Positions 28,764-39,807 are shown, counted from the stretch's first letter. The stretch: DNA of 64,000 bases from an uncultured Actinomycetota bacterium (GCA_963829525.1 CAWHIJ010000003.1:1024001-1088000), one strand, 5' to 3'. The notes: a model not told the origin generated them from the sequence alone. Program-made: numbers and translations.

Positions 28764-30692
28764 TCAACTCGCGGTGCGGAAGCCAACCCGGATGTCGGCG
28801 ATGGACCGCTCTCCAACAGTCCGGAGACCGTTGAGTACGACGGAGTAGGTGCGCGTCGAGCCCAGTTGAGCGTTTGGCGTGAGCGTTAACGATCTTCCCG
28901 AGACGGTAACCGAGCGCCCAACGGGTCGGCCCGTCTCTCCGTCGACCAGTTGGACCGACCGGGGGCTGACGCTGCCTGGTTCGACGACCGAACCGAGCAG
29001 CAGCTCGATGACGGCAGTGCGCGCAGAGTCGTACGACTCCGGAAGAGGGCTCGCCTCGACCAGCTCCGGGCGCGGCTGACCACCCACCTGGACGTTTCCG
29101 GGACTCGCGGACGCGGTGTCGATGCCGAGCCTGACCGTCGACGGCCACCGGGTGTCCCTCAGGTTTCGCACCCGGACGTAGACGGAGCGATTCACTACCG
29201 CACCTACGGTCTCGCGTCCGGCGCCGGACCGTGCGTCAGCAACGTCTAGTCGCCCGAGGGAGCTGTCGAAAAGACTGAGCTCGATGTCCCCCCGTCGAAC
29301 GCCCTTCTTGGCAAGATCGATGTCGGCCGAAACCGCAACTTTGGTCGGACTCGTGATCACAAGACGGAACCAGCGGTCGGTGCCCTCCGGGTTCGTTGTG
29401 GGAACTTCTGAGTCACGGCGTAGCGGTTGAGCCGTCACCGGAAGCGTGCCGGGCGTCGGCCCTGTGCTGGAGACTGCCCGCTTGGCGGCCCCGCCGACCA
29501 TGCCGTCAACGTCGAGGACTCCGTGGCCGGTGAAGGGGTCCGGCCCCACCGGGCCAGCATCTGCGGCGCCACGGATCAGGGCTGCCCGAAGCTGGTCGAC
29601 CGACCATCTCCGGTGATCGGAGAGGGCCAAAGCTGCTGCTCCGGCCACCAGCGGCGAGGAGAAGGACGTCCCTGCGCCGATGGCGTACCCGTTGCCCGGA
29701 ACGGTGGAGGCGATGCCCACGCCGGGGGCGACCACGTCGAGCCAGCTGCCGTGGTCGGTGAACCAGGCCATTCGGTCGTCGATGTCGGTGGCGCCCACTG
29801 CGACAGCCTGCGAGTACGCGGCCGGGTACATCGGACGGGTCCCACCGCTGTTCCCGCTGGCAGCCACCACGAGGCTTCCCCTGCGAGTGGCATAGCGGAC
29901 GGCGTCCTTGAGGATGCGGCTGCTTCGCCCGCCGCCGAGCGACATGTTGATGATGTCGGCACCCTCGTTTGCGGCCCACCGGATACCGCGAGTGATATCG
30001 GAGTCGCGGCCGGACCCTCGGGCGTTGAGCACCCGCACCGGGAGGATTGATGCGCGGCTGACTCCGGCGATGCCAAGCCCGTTGCTGCGTCGGGCGGCGA
30101 TCACGCCGGCGACGAAAGTGCCATGACCATTCTCGTCGAAAGCGTTGGCGCCACCAGAAACGAAGTCGCGCCCCCGCAGCAGCCTTGGCAGGTCTTCATG
30201 GCGGGGATCAACCCCGGTGTCGACGACCGCGACTGTGACTCCGCGTCCTGAGCTCCGCTTCCAGGCCCGGTTCACGTCCATGGACGCGCGCAGGTACGGC
30301 TGATAGCGCTCGTAGTAGGGGTCCCCAAAGGCGTGGCGAATATGGTCGACCTGTACGGCGCGCACGCTTGGGCTTGCCGCGAGGGCTGCCCGCGCCTGGG
30401 CAACATCTTCGACGCCGCGCAAGAGGAACCAGTTACCTCCCAGGGGCTTGGGCCTCTGGCTCGAGACGCGTGACGCTTCCCGAGAAGCGGCTGTTCGCGC
30501 TGTGGCAGCTGGGGAGTCGGCGATCTTGATGACGAGCCGGTCGGCCGGCGATTGCCTTGCGGTGGGGCTCGGCGCCAGGTCGTCGAGGGTGGCCGACGAG
30601 GCGCTGGGAACGAGCGCCGACATCGTGGCAGCGATGGCCACCGTCAGCGCTCCCGACCACACCACCGACATTCGCAAAGGCATGATTGGCAT
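28764..30692 (-). CDS. Secreted S8 subtilisin-like peptidase with C-terminal Ig-like domain
   Basis: Signal peptide; VAVVDTG, HGTFVAG, AASGN, GTSFSSP triad; start may lie a few codons downstream. Confidence 0.9.
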   Translation of the reverse strand: MPIMPLRMSVVWSGALTVAIAATMSALVPSASSATLDDLAPSPTARQSPADRLVIKIADSPAATARTAASREASRVSSQRPKPLGGNWFLLRGVEDVAQARAALAASPSVRAVQVDHIRHAFGDPYYERYQPYLRASMDVNRAWKRSSGRGVTVAVVDTGVDPRHEDLPRLLRGRDFVSGGANAFDENGHGTFVAGVIAARRSNGLGIAGVSRASILPVRVLNARGSGRDSDITRGIRWAANEGADIINMSLGGGRSSRILKDAVRYATRRGSLVVAASGNSGGTRPMYPAAYSQAVAVGATDIDDRMAWFTDHGSWLDVVAPGVGIASTVPGNGYAIGAGTSFSSPLVAGAAALALSDHRRWSVDQLRAALIRGAADAGPVGPDPFTGHGVLDVDGMVGGAAKRAVSSTGPTPGTLPVTAQPLRRDSEVPTTNPEGTDRWFRLVITSPTKVAVSADIDLAKKGVRRGDIELSLFDSSLGRLDVADARSGAGRETVGAVVNRSVYVRVRNLRDTRWPSTVRLGIDTASASPGNVQVGGQPRPELVEASPLPESYDSARTAVIELLLGSVVEPGSVSPRSVQLVDGETGRPVGRSVTVSGRSLTLTPNAQLGSTRTYSVVLNGLRTVGERSIADIRVGFRTAS

Positions 30693-30701
30693 GATGTCAC
30701 G

Positions 30702-31784
30702 GTGCCTCGCTTCCGAGATCTAGATGTAGCAGTCGGTGTCCTGCCCGCCGGGCCGACCAACTCGATGCTCGACGTTCCGGGCGTCGGTGTCGGTCATGCC
30801 ACTGTGTGGCGTGACGAGCCGGCGCCGCCCGAGGGGCGTGGAGTTGCTCGCACCGGGGTGACAGTCGTTGACCCCGGTGGTGACACCTTCGGCATGCCGA
30901 TGCCCTTTGGTGCCGTGGTGCTGAACGGCGCTGGTGAGATGACCGGGTTCCTGACTGCCGGTGAATGGGGCCTGCTCGAGTCGCCCATCTTCTTGACGTC
31001 CACGATGCAGCTGGGCCGCGTCTATGACGCAGCGTGCCGGTTGCTGATCGCAGAGAACGCGACCGTCGGCCGTGATGATGTGATGATCCCGGTCGTCGCG
31101 GAGTGCGACGACTCGTTCGTCAACGAGCCGCGCGCCATGCAGGTCGAGGAGTCTGACGTCGCGGATGCGCTGGACGCGGCGCGCGCTTCCATCGGCTCTG
31201 CGGAGCCACCAGCAGAGGGGGCTGTCGGCAGCGGCACAGGAATGGCCTGCCTGGGTCACAAGGGCGGGATCGGTACGTCGTCGCGGGTCCTGCAGTCCGG
31301 ACACACCGTGGCCGTGCTGGTGATGTCGAACTTCGGCGAATTCGGTCGGCTGACCGTCGACGGCATCCCCGTGGGACGTCGGATACCCAACCCGGCCGAG
31401 GCCGCTCCTGAGGTGGCGGCCGACCCTGGATCGAAGGGTTCCTGCATCGTGATCGTTGCCACCGACGCTCCGGTCGACCATGCCGGGTGTGAGCGGCTCG
31501 CACGGCGCGCCGGCCTTGGTCTGGCCCGCACCGGGTCGACAGCGCATCACGGCAGCGGTGAGATCTTCATGGCGTTCGCCACTGGGTTGCGGAGGCCGCG
31601 CGGCACCGTCCCGTCGACAGCTCCGGTGGCTGGGAGCGAGCTCAACCCGCTTTTCGAGGCGGTCGTGGACGCTACCGAAGAGTCGGTGCTCAATTCGATG
31701 CTGATGGCGCCGACGGTGACCGGACGGAACGGCAACACCCTTTACGGCTTGGACGCCGACGTGGTCCGCGCACTGCTGCGCTGA
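30702..31784 (+). CDS. DmpA-like aminopeptidase (P1/S58 family)
   Basis: DVPGVGVGH, RTGVT, NGAGEMTG, PVVAECDD, KGGIGTSSR, GSCIVIVATDAP, GSGEI. Confidence 0.9.
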   Translation: MPRFRDLDVAVGVLPAGPTNSMLDVPGVGVGHATVWRDEPAPPEGRGVARTGVTVVDPGGDTFGMPMPFGAVVLNGAGEMTGFLTAGEWGLLESPIFLTSTMQLGRVYDAACRLLIAENATVGRDDVMIPVVAECDDSFVNEPRAMQVEESDVADALDAARASIGSAEPPAEGAVGSGTGMACLGHKGGIGTSSRVLQSGHTVAVLVMSNFGEFGRLTVDGIPVGRRIPNPAEAAPEVAADPGSKGSCIVIVATDAPVDHAGCERLARRAGLGLARTGSTAHHGSGEIFMAFATGLRRPRGTVPSTAPVAGSELNPLFEAVVDATEESVLNSMLMAPTVTGRNGNTLYGLDADVVRALLR

Positions 31785-31812
31785 TCGCCACCGATTGATA
31801 GCGTCCTGACTC

Positions 31813-33894
31813 ATGAGTCAGCCCCCGGTAGCGCCACAGCACCCGTACACCCATATCGAGCACGGTGTCGAACGACCCGATCCGTATTCCTGGTTGAAGG
31901 ACAAGACCTCCGAACAGTCTCTGGCCTACCTACGCGCCGAGCGGGCGTACTACGACGAGCAGATGGCGCCGTTGCGGTCTCTGGTCGAGGAGCTTACGCA
32001 GGAGATGTCCTCACGCGTTCCCTCAACCGAGACGTCGGCGCGATGGCGAGAGAACGGGTACGAGTACTTCACGCGTGAACCCGAGGGACAGGAGCACCCG
32101 CAGCTGTGCCGGGTGGACGGCGGTGGCAACGAGTCGATCGTCCTGGACCACAACGCACTGGTCGAGCCGGGTCACTACGTCGAGGTAGGGGTTCGATCTG
32201 TGAGCCCCAACGGCAAGTACCTCGCGTACTCCGTTGACGAGACTGGGGACGAGGTCTACGAACTGCGGTTCCGGGACGTCGCCACGGGCAAGGACCTGCC
32301 CGACACGGTTGCGCATACCTACTATGGCGGCGCCTGGTCTGCCAACAGCGAGACCTTCTTCTACGTCGTCCACGACGAGGTCTACCGCCCATACCAAGTG
32401 TGGCGCCACAGTCTCGGCACTCCCTCGGCCGAGGATGTTCTCGTCTACGAAGACCTCGACACCCAGTACGACGTAGTGGTCTGGGCTGATCGGGCCGGCG
32501 AGCTGATCGTGATCTCCACCTTCAACCGAAACACCTCTGAAGTCTGGCTCGTCGACGCGCATCGCCCTGACGAACCGGCGTGGGTGGTGGCGCCTCGTCG
32601 CAGGGGAGTCGAGTACACGGTGGCGCACCTGCCTGGTGAAGGGCGCGGTGAGCTGTTGATCGTCACCAATGATGGCGCTCAAGAGTTTCGGCTCATGGTT
32701 GGTTCGGCAGCAAGCTCGTCGCCGGACGGGTGGACCGAGGTTGTCCCGGGAAGTGCAGACACGCGCCTGCACGAGGTGAATGTGTTTGCCCGACATGTGG
32801 TTCTCTCCTCGGTGACCAATGGGCGGCAGCTTCTGCATGTCGTGCCCCGCAAGGACGTGGTGTCTGGTCAGCCGGCGACGCTCGCGGACGTTCTCACCAT
32901 CGAAGCGGGGATACCTGGCGGTCTCTTGACGCTCTGGCACAACGAGGAACCGGATGTAGACGCAATCCTGATCGAGGTGCAGTCGTACACCGAGCCTGGG
33001 CAGTGGCTGCGGATCGATCTCGACTCGGGACAGCGAACCGTGGTTCGACGCCGCGAGCTCCCCAACTACGACATCGACAACTACGTGACCGAGGTGCGGT
33101 GGGTCACTGCTCGCGACGGTGAGCGGATACCGGTCAAGCTGGCTCGCCACAAGAGCACACCGCTCGACGGGTCCGCTCCCACGCTGCTCTACGCCTACGG
33201 CGCCTATGAGAGCTCTTTCTGGCCCGGCTTCGACGGATCACTTGCCAGCCTTCTCGACCGCGGTGTCGTCTTCGCGCACGCCATGATTCGCGGGGGTGGC
33301 GACATGGGCCGCCGTTGGTATCTCGATGGCTGCATGTTGAACAAGCGCAACACGTTCACCGACTTCATAGACGCGGCCGACGCACTCGCAACCGAAGGTG
33401 TCATCGACGGTTCGCGGATCGTTTCCCGCGGACTCTCTGCCGGCGGCCTGCTGCAGGGTGCTGTCTACAGCATGCGCCCTGATCGCTGGCGGGCCGTTGT
33501 CGCCGAGGTCCCGTTCGTCGACGCGATCAGCTCGATGCTCGACCACAACGTCCCGCTCACTGCGAACGAGGTCGACGAGTGGGGTGACCCACGGATCAAG
33601 GAGCAGTTCGACTACATGCTGTCGTATTCCCCCTATGAGAACGTTCCAGCTGGGAGGCGCCCTGAGCTGCTGGCAACTGGCGCGCTGAACGACCCGCGCG
33701 TCATGGTTCACGAACCAGCCAAGTGGGTGGCGCGGATTCGAGAGACAGCGCAGCCGGGCGACGCGCGGACGCTCTTCCGGGCTGAGCTTGGCGAGGGTGG
33801 ACACCACGGTCCTGCTGGGCGCTACGCCCACCTGGCCTACGAAGCCGAGGTGGCCGCATTCATCCTCGCCGCCGTAGACAAAGTGACCAGTTGA
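31813..33894 (+). CDS. ptrB: Oligopeptidase B (S9A)
   Basis: DPYSWL, YGAYE, IRGGGDMG, KRNTFTDF, GLSAGGLL, EWGDP, DPRV..HEPAKW, GGH. Confidence 0.9.
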   Translation: MSQPPVAPQHPYTHIEHGVERPDPYSWLKDKTSEQSLAYLRAERAYYDEQMAPLRSLVEELTQEMSSRVPSTETSARWRENGYEYFTREPEGQEHPQLCRVDGGGNESIVLDHNALVEPGHYVEVGVRSVSPNGKYLAYSVDETGDEVYELRFRDVATGKDLPDTVAHTYYGGAWSANSETFFYVVHDEVYRPYQVWRHSLGTPSAEDVLVYEDLDTQYDVVVWADRAGELIVISTFNRNTSEVWLVDAHRPDEPAWVVAPRRRGVEYTVAHLPGEGRGELLIVTNDGAQEFRLMVGSAASSSPDGWTEVVPGSADTRLHEVNVFARHVVLSSVTNGRQLLHVVPRKDVVSGQPATLADVLTIEAGIPGGLLTLWHNEEPDVDAILIEVQSYTEPGQWLRIDLDSGQRTVVRRRELPNYDIDNYVTEVRWVTARDGERIPVKLARHKSTPLDGSAPTLLYAYGAYESSFWPGFDGSLASLLDRGVVFAHAMIRGGGDMGRRWYLDGCMLNKRNTFTDFIDAADALATEGVIDGSRIVSRGLSAGGLLQGAVYSMRPDRWRAVVAEVPFVDAISSMLDHNVPLTANEVDEWGDPRIKEQFDYMLSYSPYENVPAGRRPELLATGALNDPRVMVHEPAKWVARIRETAQPGDARTLFRAELGEGGHHGPAGRYAHLAYEAEVAAFILAAVDKVTS

Positions 33895-33982
33895 GGGACT
33901 CTCGCGGCCCAGTCGCTGAGCAGGCTGCGTGTCACGTCCCGCAACTGTTGTGTCGGGGGTCACTCGACCGCACCCTGAACCC

Positions 33983-34873
33983 ATGTTCGAAGAGGGACAG
34001 CTCTACGCACCGGTCACCCGTAAGGGTGACGAGGTCACCGTGCACTTGGCTTCTGACCATCCGGGGGTGGCCGACCCTGAGTACCGCGAGCGCCGCAACG
34101 CGATCGCAGCCGCCGCGCTGGACTGGCATCTCGGCGACCCGCTGCCACTGATCGAGTACACCGAGGACGAGCACCGTGTATGGCAGATCGTCTGCCGTGA
34201 GCTGCACGCCAAGCATGAGCGCCTTGCGCCGCGCGAGGTGGTCCATGCCGGTGAGCAGCTGAGGTTGCCCGTTGACCACATCCCACAGCTGGACGAGGTC
34301 AACACACTGCTCGCACCGCACACCGGTTTTCGGTACCAACCTGCAGCGGGTCTCGTGCCGTTGGCCGAGTTCTACGGCTCGCTGGCCGACGGCGCCTTCT
34401 GGTCGACGCAGTACATCCGTCATGCCTCGCTCCCGCTGTACACGCCAGAGCCTGACATCATTCATGAGGTGATCGGCCACGCCACGACGCTGGCCAGCCC
34501 CAGGTTGGCTGCCATCTACCGCGCGGCTGGTGGGGCGGCGAGACGCTGCCTGACACCGGAGGCGCTCGAGTTCGTCAGCAAGGTGTTCTGGTTCTCACTG
34601 GAGTTCGGGGTGCTGCGTGAGAGCGGTGCGCCGAAGGCCTACGGCGCAGGGCTTCTCTCCAGCTACGGAGAGATCGAGGAGTTCGTCAACGCCGACCTTC
34701 GTCCGCTGGACATCCGAGCGATGGGCACTGTGACCTACGACATCACCCACTATCAGCCGGTGCTGTTCTGTGGCGACTCTCTCGAGCATGTCGAGGACGT
34801 CATCGGCGGATTCTTCGAAAGCGTCGACGATGCCCTGGTCGACGAGCTCACGGCGGTCGTTCCGGCCCCTTGA
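33983..34873 (+). CDS. phhA: Phenylalanine 4-monooxygenase
   Basis: STQYIRH, YTPEPDIIHEVIGH, WFSLEFG, AYGAGLLSSYGE, YQP. Confidence 0.9.
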   Translation: MFEEGQLYAPVTRKGDEVTVHLASDHPGVADPEYRERRNAIAAAALDWHLGDPLPLIEYTEDEHRVWQIVCRELHAKHERLAPREVVHAGEQLRLPVDHIPQLDEVNTLLAPHTGFRYQPAAGLVPLAEFYGSLADGAFWSTQYIRHASLPLYTPEPDIIHEVIGHATTLASPRLAAIYRAAGGAARRCLTPEALEFVSKVFWFSLEFGVLRESGAPKAYGAGLLSSYGEIEEFVNADLRPLDIRAMGTVTYDITHYQPVLFCGDSLEHVEDVIGGFFESVDDALVDELTAVVPAP

Positions 34874-34943
34874 TCAGCAAGCGAGTGATGGCACAGGCCA
34901 GCCCATAAGGCAAAGATGACGGAAGGCCCTCCCACGCGGGAGG

Positions 34944-36779
34944 ATGGAAAGCGTGAATGCCTCGCCTCCAGAATCGTTTGCCGATCTCGGTCTCCATCCC
35001 AAGCTGCTCGCCGCGCTGACTGCGCTCGGCTACGAGGAGCCGACGCCGATCCAGCGAGAGGCGATCCCACTCCTGATGGACGGCCGCGACGTTCTCGGTC
35101 AGGCTGCTACCGGAACGGGCAAGACCGCTGCTTTCGCGCTGCCGATTCTCCACCAGCTGCCCGAGGGTCGTCGCGGCGACCGCCCCTCAGCGCTCGTGCT
35201 CGTACCGACGCGCGAGCTCTGCGTCCAGGTCTCCGAAGCGCTGCACCGGTACGGCAAGGGCCGTGACGCCAGGGTGCTGCCGATCTACGGTGGTCAGCCC
35301 ATCTATCGGCAGCTGCGTGAGCTGAAGAACGGTGTTGACGTCGTTGTCGCAACGCCCGGGCGCGCACTCGATCACATTCAGCGTGGCACGCTCAACCTCG
35401 ACTCGGTTGCCACTGTTGTCCTCGACGAGGCCGACGAGATGCTCGACATGGGCTTCGCCGACGACCTCGAGGGGATCCTGTCGGCGGCGCCGAAGCCACG
35501 CCAGACGGTGCTCTTCTCGGCCACGATGCCGTCTCGCATCTCCAAGATCGCCCGCACCTACCTGTCCGACCCGGTTCGGGTCGAGATCGAGCGCGAACAG
35601 GTCGCCGCTGGTGAGAGCCCCAAGGTGCAGCAGTCGGCGTACATCGTCCCGCGCTCGCACAAGCCAGCGGCGCTCGGTCGCATCCTCGATGTCGAGTCAC
35701 CCACAGCTGCGATCGTCTTCTGTCGCACGCGCGCCGAGGTCGAGTTCCTCGCCGAGTCACTGAACGGTCGCGGCTATCGCGCTGAGGCGCTGCACGGTGG
35801 CATGGACCAGAAGCAGCGAGACCGCGTGATGAGCCGGCTGCGCTCGGAGAAGGCTGACCTCATCGTCGCGACCGACGTTGCAGCGCGTGGCCTTGACATC
35901 GAGCAGCTCACGCACGTCGTCAACTATGACGTTCCGTCAGCGCCCGAGTCGTACGTGCACCGCATCGGCCGCATTGGACGCGGAGGGCGAGAAGGCGTTG
36001 CGATCACGCTGGCCGAACCGCGCGAGCACCGCCAGCTGAAGACGATCGAACGGGTCACGAAGAACAAGATCGCCGTCCAGAAGGTGCCGACCGTCGCCGA
36101 CCTGCATGCCCGCAGGCTTGAGGCCACCAGGGCTGCCCTCGAAGACATCCTGATCTCAGGCGACCTCGGCCATGTCGGCGTGGTCGTTGAGTCACTCACC
36201 GACGAGTACGACGTCATCGAGGTGGCCATGGCTGCCGTCAAGCTGGCACACGAGGCGGTGGCTGGGCCGGCAGATGATGACGAGATCCCAGAAGCTGCCG
36301 CATCAAGCGAAGCGGACTCCGGACGAGGCAAGCACAAAGGCAAAGGCAAAGGTGCAGGTAACGCTAGAGGCAAAGGCGCGTCGAGCGCGCGCGGAGACCA
36401 CAAGGACCGACCACGGCCGTCGACCGGCGGGACGGCCCGGGTCTACGTCGGAGCTGGCCGTACCGGGGGCGTTCGACCGCAGGATCTCGTCGGTGCCATC
36501 GCAGGTGAGACGCGGCTGACCGGCCGCGACATCGGCGCCATCGAGATCACCGATCGTTTCTCGCTCGTCGAGGTGCCGTCAGACTCGGTCGACGAGGTCG
36601 TCGGCGCCCTGCGCGCTACACGGATCAAGGGTCAGAAGGTGCAGGTCCGCCCCGACCGCGACGCGCCGTCATCGTCTCGGCCGCCGGCGCGATCGTCGGC
36701 TAAGCCGGGCAAGTCGTCCCCCCGCCCGCCGGCCAAGAGCTCCGGCAAGGCAGCGCCCCGGCCGCGTGGCGGCCGCTAA
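34944..36779 (+). CDS. DEAD-box RNA helicase (DeaD/CsdA-like, with DbpA-type domain)
   Basis: PTPIQ, ATGTGKT, PTREL, DEAD, SAT, ARGLD, HRIGRIGR; C-terminal RNA-binding domain. Confidence 0.93.
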   Translation: MESVNASPPESFADLGLHPKLLAALTALGYEEPTPIQREAIPLLMDGRDVLGQAATGTGKTAAFALPILHQLPEGRRGDRPSALVLVPTRELCVQVSEALHRYGKGRDARVLPIYGGQPIYRQLRELKNGVDVVVATPGRALDHIQRGTLNLDSVATVVLDEADEMLDMGFADDLEGILSAAPKPRQTVLFSATMPSRISKIARTYLSDPVRVEIEREQVAAGESPKVQQSAYIVPRSHKPAALGRILDVESPTAAIVFCRTRAEVEFLAESLNGRGYRAEALHGGMDQKQRDRVMSRLRSEKADLIVATDVAARGLDIEQLTHVVNYDVPSAPESYVHRIGRIGRGGREGVAITLAEPREHRQLKTIERVTKNKIAVQKVPTVADLHARRLEATRAALEDILISGDLGHVGVVVESLTDEYDVIEVAMAAVKLAHEAVAGPADDDEIPEAAASSEADSGRGKHKGKGKGAGNARGKGASSARGDHKDRPRPSTGGTARVYVGAGRTGGVRPQDLVGAIAGETRLTGRDIGAIEITDRFSLVEVPSDSVDEVVGALRATRIKGQKVQVRPDRDAPSSSRPPARSSAKPGKSSPRPPAKSSGKAAPRPRGGR

Positions 36780-36844
36780 GGGGGGTACGGCAGACTCCAG
36801 GGTGCGCCGGGAGAGGGCGTAGCACCGACTGCATCGGAGGGGTC

Positions 36845-38308
36845 ATGTCTGACAGCCACCGCATCTCGCTTCCAGCGGACGGGATCACCGCGGTCCCGGT
36901 CGCCGGAGAGGCGGTAATCGGCACGAAGTCGTCGCAGGTGTCGTCGCCCTTTGACGGTGCCCGCCTCGGCGATGTGCCGCTGCTCGGCAATGCCGAGGTG
37001 GATCGGGCTGTTGCTGCCGCGAAGTCGGCGCTGCACGACCAGCCCCTGGCGCCATGGCAGCGTGCCGAGATCCTCGAGCGGGCCGCGACCTTGCTGCGCG
37101 AGCGGCAAGAGGAGTTCGCCCAGATCGTCTCGCACGAGGCGGCCAAGCCGATCAAGACCGCCCGCGTCGAGGCAGACCGGGCGGCGGGAACATTCGCCTT
37201 CGCCGCCGTCGAGGCGCGCAAGCTGGCCGGTGAGGTCATTCCGATCGCCGCCGCCCCTGGGGGTGACACCAAGGTTGCCTACACGATGCGCGTACCGATC
37301 GGCGTCGTCGGCGCCATCAGCCCGTTCAACTTCCCGCTCAACTTGGTGGCCCACAAGCTCGCGCCGGCCATCGCTGCCGGCTGCCCAGTGGTCCTCAAGC
37401 CCGCGGGACAGACGCCGTTCAGCGCGATCGCCCTCGCCTGGCTGCTGATCGAGGAGTGCGGCCTCCCGGCGTCGTACCTCTCGGTCGTCACCGGCCCGGG
37501 GTCGGTCGTCGGCAACTCCATCGTCGACCACCCTGACATCGCACTTATCACGTTCACCGGATCGCCTGAGGTCGGTTGGGGAATCAAGTCACGGGCACCG
37601 CGTAAGCACGTCGGGCTCGAGCTCGGCAACAACGCTCCGGTGATCATCGCCGAAGACGGCGACTGGAAGAAGGCCGCTGACAAGATCAAGATTGCCGGCT
37701 TCTCACACGCTGGGCAGTCGTGCATCTCGACGCAACGCATTTTGGTGCACCAGTCGGTGGCTGACGAGTTCACCGAGTACCTCGGCTCGATGGTTGCCTC
37801 ACTGGTCGTCGGTGACCCGGCGAGCGACGAAACCGATGTCTCGGCGCTCATCTCGCACAACGAGCGCGACCGCGTCAAAGGCTGGGTCGACGAGGCTGTG
37901 GCGCAAGGCGGTCGCATCGTGGTCGGCGGCGACATCGATGCCAACGGCGTCCTCGCCCCCACCGTGATCGCCAACGCCAAGCCCGAGATGCAGGTCTGTA
38001 TCAATGAGGTCTTCGGACCTGTCGTTGCCATTCAGGCGATCGACTCAGTCGATGAGGGTTTGAAGATCGCCAACGACACGGCGTACGGCCTGCAGGCGGC
38101 GATCTTCACCCATGACATCTCCACGGCGTTCGAAGCCGTTCGCACGCTCGACTTCGGTGGCGTCCTCGTCAACGAGGTGCCGACGTGGCGCGCTGACCAG
38201 ATGCCCTACGGCGGAATCCGCGACTCGGGCAACACCCGAGAAGGCCCGGCCTATTCGGTCCAGGAGATGACCGAGACTCGCCTTGTCATCATCGAGACCT
38301 CCCGCTAA
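36845..38308 (+). CDS. Aldehyde dehydrogenase
   Basis: SPFNFP, FTGS, LELGNN, GQSCIS, EVFGP, YGLQA. Confidence 0.92.
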   Translation: MSDSHRISLPADGITAVPVAGEAVIGTKSSQVSSPFDGARLGDVPLLGNAEVDRAVAAAKSALHDQPLAPWQRAEILERAATLLRERQEEFAQIVSHEAAKPIKTARVEADRAAGTFAFAAVEARKLAGEVIPIAAAPGGDTKVAYTMRVPIGVVGAISPFNFPLNLVAHKLAPAIAAGCPVVLKPAGQTPFSAIALAWLLIEECGLPASYLSVVTGPGSVVGNSIVDHPDIALITFTGSPEVGWGIKSRAPRKHVGLELGNNAPVIIAEDGDWKKAADKIKIAGFSHAGQSCISTQRILVHQSVADEFTEYLGSMVASLVVGDPASDETDVSALISHNERDRVKGWVDEAVAQGGRIVVGGDIDANGVLAPTVIANAKPEMQVCINEVFGPVVAIQAIDSVDEGLKIANDTAYGLQAAIFTHDISTAFEAVRTLDFGGVLVNEVPTWRADQMPYGGIRDSGNTREGPAYSVQEMTETRLVIIETSR

Positions 38309-38384
38309 CCCAAGAACGACGCATTCACCCGCACTGGTGCAACAACCGCCGCAGCCATGCTGGGGATAACTGGTGGCGGGGAGT

Positions 38385-39290
38385 TCAGTCGGGCTCGATG
38401 CCTAGCCTGCGGTAGGCCAGGTCAACGGCGCGCGAGCGTGGCCCGAGCACGGCCTGCAGCGATCGAAGCGTCGTCGCGCAGACGGCCCTGTCAACCTTCG
38501 TGATCGCTGATGGCCTGGTGCTGGTGCCGAGGGCTTCGTGCGCCCAGTCGGGCAGCAGGTCCGTTGATGCGCGGACGAGGATCTCGTAAGGGCCCCAGGC
38601 GCCGACCGGAAGGGCGCGGCCGGGAAAACGCAGGAAGCGCGCGACGGCATGAGCCTCCGGTCCGCCGCCGACCTCGTCCCGGAACGAGTCGAAAGCCTCG
38701 GCCAGCTCGCTGACGGTCGTCGGCGGGTTGGCCACTCCCAGTGGCCGCGCGAGCTGGGCCATCTCCGCCACGTACTGGTCGGCGTCCACCGTTCCGCGTC
38801 CGTAGCGCTGGTAGGCCACGAGCATCGAGTCGGTGAGTCCGATGTGCACCCAAAGCAGCAGGCGGGGATCTTGCGCCGAGTAGGGGCGTCCATCGGGTGC
38901 GGTGCCCGAGACTCGCTCGTGGACGCCGCGCACCATGGCCGCGGTCTGCTCGGCCTGCGTGGTGGAGCCGAAGGTGGACGTCGTCACGTAGAGGTTGGTG
39001 CGTTGCAGACGGCCGAGCGGGTCGGTGCGGTAGGTGGAGTGCTGTTCGACGCCGGCGAGAGCCAGTGGATGGCAGGCCTGCAGCAGGAGCGCCCGCGGGC
39101 CGCCGACAAGGGTTGCCAGCGAGCCATTCACCTGCCAGGCGGCGCTGTCTGGGCCGAACCATCCGGCGTCCCCCGGGGCTCCGATCGCCTTGACCCATGG
39201 AGGTTCGCCGTCGGGGTCACCGGACAAGATGACGCGAAACGTGCGTCGGACGACGTCGCCTGCTGGCGCCAGAAGGGGCAGACTGCTCAT
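38385..39290 (-). CDS. MpaB/DUF2236 oxygenase family protein
   Basis: GWFGPDSAAWQV, RALLLQACHP, RLQRT, YSAQDP.LLLWVH. Confidence 0.85.
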   Translation of the reverse strand: MSSLPLLAPAGDVVRRTFRVILSGDPDGEPPWVKAIGAPGDAGWFGPDSAAWQVNGSLATLVGGPRALLLQACHPLALAGVEQHSTYRTDPLGRLQRTNLYVTTSTFGSTTQAEQTAAMVRGVHERVSGTAPDGRPYSAQDPRLLLWVHIGLTDSMLVAYQRYGRGTVDADQYVAEMAQLARPLGVANPPTTVSELAEAFDSFRDEVGGGPEAHAVARFLRFPGRALPVGAWGPYEILVRASTDLLPDWAHEALGTSTRPSAITKVDRAVCATTLRSLQAVLGPRSRAVDLAYRRLGIEPD

Positions 39291-39338
39291 CAGACAAGGA
39301 TGCCGATCTCTTGGCGATGCTGCAGGTCGAGGAGCGCG

Positions 39339-39803
39339 ATGCACCCGAGCAATGTTCGAGTCCAGGAGGCGCTGGACGCTGCCGGCGTCACCGCCGACGT
39401 CCGCCGCCTGCCGGAGTCAACGCACACAGCGGCGGCCGCTGCCGAGGTACTCGGGTGCGAGATCGGAGCCATCGCCAACAGCTTGGTCTTCATGGCTGAC
39501 GATTCCCCCATCTTGGTGATGGCCAGTGGTGCCGCGAAGGTCGACACCGAGCTGCTGGCCGAGACCATCAGTGTGACCCAGGTGCGTAGGGCTACGGCTG
39601 AGGAGGTGCGCAGTGCGACCGGATTCCCGATCGGGGGAGTGGCGCCGGTCGGCCACCCGGCGCCGCTGTCGACCTGGATCGACGTCGATCTCGAGCGCTT
39701 CCCCGAGATCTGGGCGGCCGGTGGGACGCCGGACAGCATCGTCGGCCTGACGTACATGGGTCTGATAACAGCAACCGGTGGTACCCCCACCAGGGTGCGT
39801 TAA
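39339..39803 (+). CDS. YbaK/EbsC family protein
   Basis: THTA..AA, AIANSLVF, TGFPIGGVAPVGH, WAAGGTP. Confidence 0.88.
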   Translation: MHPSNVRVQEALDAAGVTADVRRLPESTHTAAAAAEVLGCEIGAIANSLVFMADDSPILVMASGAAKVDTELLAETISVTQVRRATAEEVRSATGFPIGGVAPVGHPAPLSTWIDVDLERFPEIWAAGGTPDSIVGLTYMGLITATGGTPTRVR

Positions 39804-39807
39804 CGGC

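Noticed and set aside
28764-34873. Peptidase cluster (S8, DmpA, PtrB) plus phhA as a dedicated system
   Set aside because: All are common housekeeping families in mixed orientation, with no precursor peptide or transporter to link them.
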